Part shown: positions 11,101-23,100 of the stretch, piece after piece
Layout of the letters: each line of letters starts with the position of its first letter
Numbering within the stretch: position 1 is the stretch's first letter
Source: Phoronis australis
Taxonomy: Eukaryota; Animalia; Phoronida
Assembly: GCA_002633005.1 (NCBI GenBank)
Contig: NMRA01000352.1
Coordinates: forward strand, 402,356-466,355
Direction: 5' to 3'
DNA length: 64,000 nucleotides
Translations under genes and position numbers: made by a program
The notes under the pieces: model-generated
Told to the model about the DNA's origin: nothing
What the model saw: the letters and a program-made list of their open reading frames with translations, nothing else
Database searches by the model: none

Positions 11101-14100
11101 TGAGGACCTTTGAAGATAAAATTGCCACTAGGAGGCACAACGGTAGTTGAATTCATCCGAAAGATCGCTCATGCCGTCCCGCCCATGACAGGAACATATG
11201 TGCAAAATTTTATGAACGTACGTCAAAGCGTTTCAGAGACAGAGCAGCGGACGTTGGATGGACAGAGATGACCTCATATATAAATATGTGGGCGTATAAA
11301 AAGAAAGCCATGCATTCACTACCGTTAGCCCATGGTCATCTTAGATATGACCGTACAAAAAACTTTTAATGAAGCAGGCACCCTATTTTCTGATTATACA
11401 GTAAACTTTCTTCAAATTCAAACAAAAATAACTATCTAAAGTCCTTCCCAAATGGACAGTATATGTGTATCAATTTACTCTTCTCCGTCCAGCGTCCAAG
11501 TGAAAAGTTATCTCAGAAACTACCAATGGTCAATGCACTGGTTTGAGAGGAAGCATTTTTGTGACAGAGTTAGCCATCGTTTGAATGAAATTGATGAACC
11601 AAACTTCCACGCTAAAATGCATCCATATTACAAAGAAGAAAGAAAATACAGTCACATCAATTCATGATACTGAAGGCTAATAGTTTATAAAAACGTGGAT
11701 ATTTTAAATTTGGGTTAAACATTTGAGACAGAGGGTGTGCTTCATTACAAAAAAAAAAACAGCAGTTGATCCTGCTTCTATATCATGTGCAGGGCTTGGA
11801 ATGACCAATGACTAAAATAGGAAAATTTTCCAGGTGATGTATCGTTTCACAAATAAACAGGCTTGTGTGATAGAGGTATTTTTTGTGTTGTAAAGTTATC
11901 AGAAGTAAATGTTTAGCATGAATAAAGTAAAAATAATCATTATGATAAAAAGAGAAGAAACGAGGAAACTGGAAATCAAATAAAAACCAAATCACGTCAG
12001 CCACTAACTTTGTCCGATAACACCTGAACAGTCAGTCATTTACCTTTCTTCACTTCTTTGCTACAAATGTCAATGAATGGCTTTAACACAGACATTGGTA
12101 TACTCATGTTGACATGTGGGTAGGTGGCACCGGCAGTCGTGTCCCTATCATAAAAATAAATAAGTATGACACTGCATGCATCAACCTTGAATAATCCTCA
12201 TTCGTAAAATTAATTAAACTAAAAGTACCCAATCTTTATTCAGTTAGGGCCAATATGATTCAAGCTCGGTCAATATTATTCAAGCTCGGACAATACTATT
12301 CAAGCATTGTCAATATTATCCAAGTTTGGCCACTATTATTCAAGTTTGGCTAATATTATTCAAGCTCGGCCAATATTACTCAAGCTCGACCAATATCATT
12401 CAAGCTTGGCCAATACTGTTCAAGCTCGGCCAATATTGTTCAAGCTCGGCCAATATTGTTCAAGCTCAGCCAATATCATTTGAGCTCTGAAAGCATCATT
12501 CAAGCTAGGCCAATATTATTCAAGCTAAGTCAATATTATTCAAGCTCGACCAATCCTGTTCAAGCTCAGAAATTTTATTCAAGCTTGCTCTATATTACTC
12601 AAGCTCAGCCAATGTTATTCAAGATCAGCCAATATCATTCAAGCTTTTTTTGGGCCTGCCTTATTCAAAATTCCACACTAAGCTCGAATAACCTTGCTGG
12701 CAATATGGCAGACGTATTTATTTTAGAGCACTTGTCGTGCTCCGCAAGACCTAGGTTGTCATGCCGAACAGACAATAGGAAACCAGATTTAGTTTTCTAG
12801 CTCACAAGTCAGATTTAAGGAATCATAATTGGAATTTAAAGGTGCGACCGTGGAATCACTTTCATCCCCTGTAATATTTTATGAAACAAGAGCATTGATA
12901 TGCACCCACCGAGTCCATCACATACAGCGTAGATACAAAAGATGATCATTATTTTAAGCCTATTTCCCACAAATGGTGCAATGCTAGAAATCTTAATAGC
13001 CTCTAGGAAGTGCAAAGCAAGTCGGAAATGCTCTCCTGAATAGGAGCACACCGGTCACCTTTCATAATGATACTTCATGAAGTTTGGAGGATAAGGAGGT
13101 AGACCGCAAAAGGACGCAAAACAACAGAAAGGCCACTAGGAGGTGCAACGTAAAATGGATCTGAAACACAGCCCATGCTGTTGTACACTTTGATAGTTAC
13201 TTATTTACCAAATTCCACGAGCATCCATCAAGGAACTTGGTAGATATCGAGACAAACAGAAGATCAGAATTGTCACTAGGCAAAAGCAAAATCTTTGAGT
13301 ATTTCAAAATTGAAAATACTTATTTTACAATAATCTAAAATTTGAAGATTTTCGTAACAGATGGACCCCTATGATACTTTTACTTTAAGGCAGTTCATTT
13401 CTGAGTTGTAAATGACCCCCACCACAAGTGTGCATATACGTATGTATGTGATTCATGAATATTTTGCAAAGGAATGTGAGTGCACAACGTTAATCAGATC
13501 CATCTGGCTACAAGTTTAAGTGACCAAACACAGAAAAAAAATACCACTAGGGGGTTTTACAGTAGTCATAGCCCTCTGAAAATCACCGTCAGCCGTCCTC
13601 TTCCTGGTATGAGCGTTGTGTATCAAGATTTATAATCACCTTTAGTGGTTTGGCTGATGGAGAGGCGAATGTAAAAAAGCGACTCGAAAACAGTAAAACA
13701 GCCACTAGGTGGCGCAGAATACGTCATCTCCTTAACAAATACCTATTTGCCAAATTTCAGGAAAATTCACCCAGAAACTTCAAAGATAAAAAAGTTACCA
13801 CTGGAGGGTACACCGGCAGTCAGATCCGTCCCAAAATTCACTCATGCCGTCCCAACCTTTCACAAACATGCATCAAGGGGATTTGGAGTTACAGTAGCAG
13901 GCGACAGTCAGCTAGACAGGGACGGTGTTAAAATGCACCCACATAACAAGTGGAAGCACATAAAATGAAAAAAATTCACCCATCTGCCACATTGTCTCCT
14001 AATTAGCGAGATTTCACCCTACTGTGTTTCAAGATGTAGTGAATACAGAACTAGTTATTGTCTACATGTAGGCTAAAACAGAGATTAGTATTCGTTGAAG

Positions 14101-17100
14101 AGTACCTTAAGGCTAAAGGGATTTCAAATTACTCAACCACAGCCATCATTAGTGTTAATTAGACACAAACTACAAATTGCGCAGCATGAAATTTCCAGAA
14201 TCTCTAGCCCTCCAGGACGCAACAGGTTAATGAACGGAGATGAGTTCATTTCAAAATAAAGAATCATCAAGGATAGTGACCTATCTGTTGAAGAAACTTA
14301 GATTTATGAAACTGATGCGTTTTTTTGGGGTAACAATTGCCACAAAATTAAAGAATCTTTCTATTCTGTTTGTTTTAGATGAATTCATACTTCTCAGCAT
14401 TAAACCTACAACTGAGTGATGACATGGTGATGACAGCTATCAAGTTATACTGAACTGTTGATAGTATAGATATTACCTTTGGACATCCCACTTTACACAA
14501 ACGCCAGTGTCAAATTTACTTAAATTTGTGATCCTTGTAAAAACAAGTTATGTAATCAGGCACTTAACACTTCTTGTTTTCTATTATTATGCTGTTGCCA
14601 AAATGGAGTGAGAGTTAATTTTGGTTTAATAATTGCTTCATCCTTATTTCATCTTACTTTGAAGTTGGCTATTTTTGACCCGCTGTATGTTAACAGCAAG
14701 CCTCATCAACCTCCTCCCTAAAGAGTACATTTTGTACATTCAAGAAAATGGCGATACTTGCGAACTGTCCCATCAACTAAAACTTACATGGTGTTACACA
14801 CTAACATTCCAACAACACTTCCTTTTTCATCCACCAAAGGGCCTCCACTCATTCCAGCATGGACAGCACAGCTACTCTTCAAACAACAAATGCCACAAAA
14901 TAGAATTCTAGCAACAAATTTGCACAATAAGCACTTAACATTTAACAACAATACTAAATAAGAAATCAGACCGAATGGCAATCTTCAGCCATACAACAGA
15001 TATAGTAAACTGTGCCTTCGTATTTAACACAAAGATTCTTTATGCATTTGGATTTTTCCAGATTGTTTTAGATCTGGGCAAAACGCACCTTTGTCAAAAC
15101 ACAGAGCAAGACAGAGTAACCGACACAGTAATGATGCACTCTGGAGTTTCACTGTTAATCTGCATAATGCAGAAATTCAGCAAATCTTCAGGTACATTTC
15201 TCCTACTTTTGTGACGACAAAAGCAAAATTCATCATTACACACAGAGACAAGGGGAAAGTCTAATGATAGCTTACACAATAACATTAAACATCTCTTCTA
15301 ACTGACCGTTGACTGTTGCAATCATTGAACATACTTATGAAAGTGAGGTTTTTTGTTTAGCTGTTATAACTGTCACAAAATTGATGAATTCCTCCACAGG
15401 CTCTGGTTTTCTTATTTGGGCATGCAAAATTTGTTGAACACACAGCAATGTTCATGATTAATAACTTTCAACGATATTCGCTCAAGCTCTTAGCATCTTT
15501 TATGGTTGTTAGCAGCGCAACAATGAAGCAGAGGGTCAAGAAACACAACAAGACTAATCATGAACAAAGGCTAATGATGGGACTCCCTTCCTATGACGAT
15601 TGTCTTATCTTTCACTCCCCGGAGTTTCTTACCACAACACAGTTCTTGTCTCATAATCAGACATAAGGCAAAGAGAGAGAGAACCCGAGCAGATATCGTT
15701 GAAAATAATAAACACTGTTGTGTGTTCAACAAATTCTGTCGACAAGAAGGGAATAATGCTGTCAAATTATTCAGATTTGGGTATGCATGCACAAATGAAT
15801 GAATACAGCGGTAATTGGCTTTATTCTTCGGTAATAAAATGACTAAGAACAGGACTGGGAAGTGTAATAGTTACCTGAACCATCACTGGCCAGTGCTCGT
15901 CACTCGGACATCGTACTTTACTAACATGACCACTTGTTACACTTGCTCCTAGTCGCTTACTTTCGTCGAACAATGAGAAACCAACAGCATAAACTCTGTC
16001 ACCTTCAAACAAGAAGAAACTCATTGATGAGTCAAATATCAGGTGAATTTCATGAGACACAATCGAGTACTTACAATAAATTCAACAGATTTTCCACTAT
16101 CAGTGTCTGCGGTCATCCTCATAATGATGGTCACGTGACAGAGTTCCTGCCTCATTTGGGCCACGCAATACGATCTCAAAAGAGGGTACAGATCTACTTC
16201 ATAGTTAATGACGCTGTCGCCCACATTCCCAGCTAATACCTGTATACGGCATATATTACATTGGTTTACATGACCCATGGCATGCGCGCACCTAGGCAAT
16301 GACCATCGCCTCTGTTGGCCCGAACCAGAGGCGATGTAGAGGCTATAGGCGCTCTGTACGCCGGAAGCTTTTCGGCGAATTATGCCACGTTGTTATAAAT
16401 ACCTTTTGCGCATAGAGGAACACCTTAGGAGGTTGTCGATGTGTTTAAGTCCTTCCAACTCGAACAAATACTCCCGTTATGAAACTTTTTCTTCGATCAG
16501 TCCCTATTTCAGTTCCCAAAATCGTGAAATCAAAATTTTTGTACTGCGCACGCTCCAACTTTTACCGCGGTGATGTGACTTCATAACCTCAATAATTTTT
16601 ATATAGGCCAAAGGTGAGCCATTGCGGTCTTGTCAGTCAAATGTTCGTTTCCAAAATGCCACCACTTATACTTGTCTTTAATTGGCGTTACTTGAAACTT
16701 TTTGTATTTCAATGAATTATTGTTTGTATTTGATAAAAATAAATGCTGTTGATATGACATTTAAAAGTCTTTGTGCACATATTTGACATTTTAATGATTA
16801 ACAACACGGCTAATGCACGGCTGGTTCCCGGCAGCACGTACGCAAAGCGCGGGAACTTCAGCTTTCAAAGTTCGCCGGTAGGATCGCAACTTCTGACCTT
16901 CGGCCTGGTTAAAAAAAATGAAAATTTTGATTTCACGATTTTGGGAACTGAAATAGGAACTGCTCGAAGAAAAAGTTTCATAACGGGAGTATTTGTTCGA
17001 GTTGGAAGGACTTAAACACATCGACAACCTCCTAAGGTGTTCGTCTATGCGCAAAAGGTAGTTATAACAACGTGACTTTGATGGTTTAGTCAGTGCGAGG

Positions 17101-20100
17101 CATAATTCGCCGAAAAGCTTCCGGCGTACAGAGCGCCTATAGCCTCTACATCGCCTCTGGTTCGGGCCAACAGAGGCGATGGTCATTGCCTAGCGCGCAC
17201 CCAGCCTTTAAAATTGGGGGAGCTCAAATTTCTGACGATGTGGACCTTTGCTAACAAAAAAAGCATGAGGGCTTAAAAAACAGAGTACCCACTTTGACAG
17301 CTTTGAAATGCACGTTTGTGCTCTTTAGTGGACTTTTGTCTCGTTTTCTCAGACTTTTTGTTTCTCTGAGGCAGACCTTTTTGCCCACTTCGCCAAATGG
17401 GGGGCTCATTCCAGCCCCCAGAGCCCACCCAGGGTGCGCACATGCATGGGGACTTCACCACGTGACTGCATGTCCACCTAACAATTATTCTGAAAATGAT
17501 CACCATTGAAGCCTCCCCTACTCAAAATAACTCAACAAATTTTGAGCCATTAAGATCATTCAGACAAGCGCCCTTATTAAAATGCTCCGTTAGGCATACA
17601 AGTCAGACCTCCCCATTGTGTTGTACTCATCACAAAAATTCAATGGTGTTGCCTAATCCCCAACCAAAAAAGCCAAGTCATAAAACTTCAGATGCTATGC
17701 AATGCAGCTATTGAAAGGGCAACAGGTGTAATACAGTCAACATGACGATTTAGAACCTAATGAAACACTGGCAGTTGGAAACATGTGTTTCATGAAACTC
17801 ACTTGATATAAGAAGAAGATAAATTTACAATGAGTAGCCTAATCAATTTCTATTATGGAACTGAAACAATTTAACCATGTTTTGCACGGGTAAAATCAGG
17901 CCTTTATCCAGGATTTCAAAAATAGGGTGTCCAAAATGGGGTTCCTAATATTCCAGGGCGTCCATAATTCCGACGCGTAACCCCCCACCCCCAGCAGTCC
18001 CCCCAAACACACAGATTTTTTTACAAAAAAAAATGCATAGACCAACTTGAAGGTTTTTACATCTAAGTTTACAAAACAGCCTTCTGTAGTGGGCATGTTA
18101 ATAAAAAAATTGGTGTAGACCAAGACTTTTACAATGCTATCAACCAAGTGTGAGCATAGCAACATTGTATATACTTTCCTATACATTGTATATTTGTTCC
18201 TGCTTTGAAAAAAAGAGTCCCCACTGAGCCTTCAGATGCTTCCTAGTAATCATTACAATGTGTGTGTCCAAACTTGAAAGGTTCCTATTGACAATGGGCG
18301 TTCAAATGATACATTGGGCGTCCTTGCCAGAGCGACCATATTAGTGCTAGGGCGTCCAAATGGGTGTAAATTTGGACGCCCATGACGTAGGCTGCACAAA
18401 GGCCTGGGTAAAATGACCTTGTTTAGCATTTTCTAAAGAAAGTATGAAATAAATTTTCCTACAAGTAATGTTTAAAAAGAAAAATTATAAATCCCAACAC
18501 ACCACAAGCGGAAGCCTTATAATTCACTATGTGCAGTGGATTATCCTCCATTTTTTGGTTAACCGTTTCTCCATATTTCATAATGATGGCAGATGGTGCT
18601 CATTAGCATATCAACCCGACTACTTTGTACCCTTCCGGTGATATGTCAATCAAGAGTAGTCAGTGTGGCCCAGTAGTATGAGGGTTTGAGTCCCACTGTG
18701 GCACGCTGCTAAACCTTTGAGTCAGGTCTCTTGCTCTTCAGCTTGGTTTTATCTATATCTTAATAAAGCATACTGTAAAAAAATGATTCCAGATCATTGG
18801 TGCAATGGGACCATTTAAGGGACCTGAGCACATCTGGTGCAATTATTTTTCTATTTTATACCAGATGAAGTGTTAATTTAAAGAAAAACCTTCGTGTAAA
18901 TCCCTCGGGGACAAGTCCACAGCATCACCAAATGTCCCATCGTGCATCTGAAGCACGGCCAGGTCGATGTTGGAGGAATCAGGACTCTTGAAGAGAACGT
19001 TAGAATTTCTCCAGATCATGCCAGCGTCGGGGCAGTGGAACCCAACTGCAAAAGGTTTTCTAGGTTAGTTACATAACAAGAACTAACTTTACATGTACAA
19101 CGGGGTTAGGTCTCATTGTGCATCACTTAGGAAGTAACCTTTTAGCATTTCACTCCGGGTCTGAGCTCAGTTCAACAAGAGTAGGTTATTTACACAACTG
19201 TTAAATAAGACCCAGCATGAGAACCTCTGCATGCCAGGTCACAGACAGTGGTGTTCTTCAATGGAACTATTTTAAAGCATGCAGAGAGTGTATGGGGTCC
19301 CATAACAAAAATCCAATTATTGAAGGACTCCTTTCCTTCTTTATTCGGGAAGTTGAATTTTTACATGCTCCTAAGATTTTCTGGAAAGCAGATGGTTACA
19401 CAGCAAAGTCTTGTGACAATTTCAAAAATCACTCTAAAGCCCACGGCAATTAAACAAAATATAATAACAATAACTTTACACACATTTATACAATTCCATG
19501 GGAATGTGTATCTTGTTTTAATATGGACATGTAGGCGTATCTTTGGCAAACGCGAGTCGATTTTGACCAAAAACATACTGTTGTGGTCGACATAAGAGAA
19601 TTCAAACTTAACTATAAAAATGAAATGAGAAAAATGCAACAGTTGAAATAACTGAATGCTCAGGCACATTCCACTCACAGACAGCCAGATGGCTTATCAC
19701 TGGGGTAAACCAAACGATAAGTTGTTAATGAAAACAAACTGCTGCACACTTGTTAAGTGGCCATCTGCAGTAACCTACCCCAACTTACGTATGCAGGACT
19801 TCAGACGCTGAGTGGAATGGTAAACCATCATTTTTCTTGTGTACGCCCACTGGAATGTGTGCACTTTCAAAATATTTCTAAAATATTAATCTAACCTACC
19901 CAAGCACGTACCCTGAGGAGAGGCAAAACTCACAACATGTCGACACGTCAGAACCAGCTTGTCCGTTGCTAGGATACCAGATCCCCAACTGCTGCCAATT
20001 TTAATGATGGGAGATAGGCTGAGAACTTTACGAAAGCCAGTATCTGGAAAGTAATTTGGGCAAAGTCACACAATATATCAAAACAAGAGCAACGCGGAGC

Positions 20101-23100
20101 CTTGCAATGCGCCCACGAATGCATTGCAAATGGTGTGTGCTTTTAGGGTTATTTGTGTCATAAAAATGGCCACTAGATGGCGCAAAAATGTACAATCCAT
20201 CCGAAAATGGGAACATGTCATAGTTTCTTTAATAGAAAGCTATTCACCAACTTTCATAGAAATCTGCCACAAAACTTCAGAGAAAAAAAGGAAAACAGAA
20301 TAAAATGAAATTGCCACTAGGGGGCACAGTGTTCATTGGATCTGCCTGAAAGTCGTCATTGTCTTTTGTTAGTTTCAAATAAATACACTTACTAAATTTA
20401 ATAAAGATCCAGCAGTGGGTTTAGGAGATACAGCTATGGCCGCAAAACAAAAAAAAACTACCACTGGAGACCCCACAGTAGTCGTCATCGTCAACCATCC
20501 TCTTCACGCAAAAAACATAAACGCCAATTTTCAAAACCATCCTTAGAATGATTTGGTTGATAGAGGGGCAGACACCAAAACAGACTCGAAAACAGAAAAA
20601 ATGGCCTCCAGGTGGTGCAAAATACCTTGATTCTATCCAAAAACAGGAGGATAGCGTCATCTCACCAATAGATGCCTGTATTCAAAATTTTATGAAAATC
20701 CGATGAGGACCCTTAAAGATACAGAGGTAAACGTAAAATATAAAATTTCCGTCAGGGGACACACCAGTAGTCAGATCCGTCCGAAAGTCATCATCGTTTT
20801 TCGTCAACATCATATAAATACACTTGTTAAATTTAGTAAAGATCTTGCAAACGGTTTAAGAGATGCAGCCATGGGCGCAAAAAAAACAAAACTGCCACTA
20901 GGAGGCGCCACGGTAGCTGAAGTCCTCGGAAAATCATAGTCAGCCGTCCACTTCATAGTAAAAAGTTAACATACATGCCAATTTTCACTATAATCCTGAA
21001 AGTGATTTGCTTGATAGAGAGGTGGACGGTAAAAATGGCCACCAGGTGACGCAAACTAAGTCGAATCCATCTGAAAACGGAAAGATAGCGTCACCACACT
21101 AACAGAAGCCTGTACGCCAAAATTTTTGACAATACGTTGAGGACCTTTGAAGATACAGAGGTCAATGTAAAAAAATAAAATTGCCACCAGGGGACACACC
21201 AGTAGTCAAATCCGTCCGAAAGTCCTTGTCTTCCTTTGTCAGCATCATATAAATGCACTTAGTAAATTTAGTAAAGATCCTGCAGACGGTTTAGGAGATA
21301 CAGCCATAGGCGCAAAAAAACAAAGCTGCCACTAGGAGGCACCACAGTCGTCGAAATCGTCGGAAAATCAACATCAGCCATCCTCTTCATAGTAATAACT
21401 TACATGAAAGTTTCCACAATCATCCTTAGAGCAGTTTGGTTGATAGAGGGGTGGACGCCTAAAAACAGACTCGAAAACAGTAAAAGTGGCCAGTAAGTGG
21501 GGGAAATTATGTCGAATCTATCTGAAAACGGGAGGATAGCATCATCTCACTAACAGATGCCTACATGCCAATTTTTATGAAAATACGCTGAAGACCTTTG
21601 AAGATATGGAGGTAAGTATAACAAATAAAATTGCCACTAGGGGGCACACCGGTAGTCAGATCTGTCTGAAAGTTAGCTCATGCCGTCCCATCCATGAAAG
21701 GAATACATGTGCAAAATTTCATGAACATTCGTCTAATGGTTTTGGAGTTAGAGCAGCGGACGCCGGACGGACGCCGGACGCCGCCCGGACAGACGGAGAT
21801 GACGGCATAATGCGTCCACATAATGTGGGCTGTAGAAATTTAACAAAATTTTAATGCACAAAACTAATTATCATTCCAAGTAGCCATTTCTTTTCGACTT
21901 GGAACTGGTTAAATCTTGACAAAATTGGGACAGGCACTGTGCCACGCATGTTGTCGAAATCATGACAGCTTTATGTAGCAAGTCCATTCACAAAAAATAT
22001 TGAAATTAAACTCTGACTTAAATTTAACAAATTCTACATTATGTATGACACTTAAGGACCAGTTGATAAACCTTGTAGTTACCATTAAAGCTGCATTTTG
22101 CCTTGTTCAGTGTGCTAAAAACGAAAATCCAGGCATTTTACTCTCATAAAATGGTGTCATAATAGGCCTTGCTATCAATGTTAGGATTCTATTGCTACTA
22201 CCAACTCATGTCATATGTAACATCCACTTTTGAATTCGCAATTTTAAGGTTCCGAAAAAGATCAATTTTGGCAACAGTTTCTGTGCAAAATTGGTGAGAT
22301 AAAATCTACCACCCCAGTAGTAACTATGCCCTACAGGGTTCTTCTTTCAACAAGGCGCGACACTCCTGTAAATAGCCCATCTGACTCTGAAGACTGCCCA
22401 AAATACTGGAGACTGAACACACGAGGCTGAGGCCAATCCATTCTTTGTTCTTCCAACAGAACGGAGCAATCACCATTCCCGCCAATCCCCTGAAAGTGAA
22501 TCAAATATCAGTTTTAACTTAAATCCCCAATTTAAAGCGATATTGATGTCAAATTTGGGTTTAAAATATTGTCTTGCACTACCGATGTGTGTATTATTGG
22601 TACACAGGAAGTTTGTCCAGGCTCTATTTCATTACAACAGAAAAAGAAATGAAATAGCTCAGACCTATAAAATTGGAGTAACTTTACCAAACAGAAAAAG
22701 CAATAAGTCACTAAAAAACCATTACTATTGACATGGCTCGCCAACCCTTCCAAAACTGTGCTACAGGCAACCTTTCAGTTGCTTTTGGCAGCTGCAGAAA
22801 CCAATTGTTTCATGGCAACAACAACTTTGACGTGAGAGCTTATTTCATGACTTTCATGTTAAGTCATAAGTACAAAAGAAATCCCACTTTGATCAAAAGT
22901 TAAATGAGATTGGGTTACTTCATAAACCAATCATCAGGAATGACCAGCACCTTAGTTTGAAAAATTATGTAGGACTCTAGAAAAAATTACAAATTTGGCT
23001 AACTTTACAACAATATATAATCTCAGAAATGGCAGAAAGGGTTATTATAGAATTTTCTTATACTAGATGCTTTACAAAGGTCTCTAAAATGCTGTTACAA

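Noticed and set aside
12245-12645. CRISPR-like appearance and ORF 12456-12800
   Set aside because: Contiguous 20-mers without unique spacers, eukaryotic context, no cas genes.
16382-17186. Two ORFs on opposite strands with near-identical peptide (YLLRI.EHLRRLSMCLSPS)
   Set aside because: By-product of the long TIRs.
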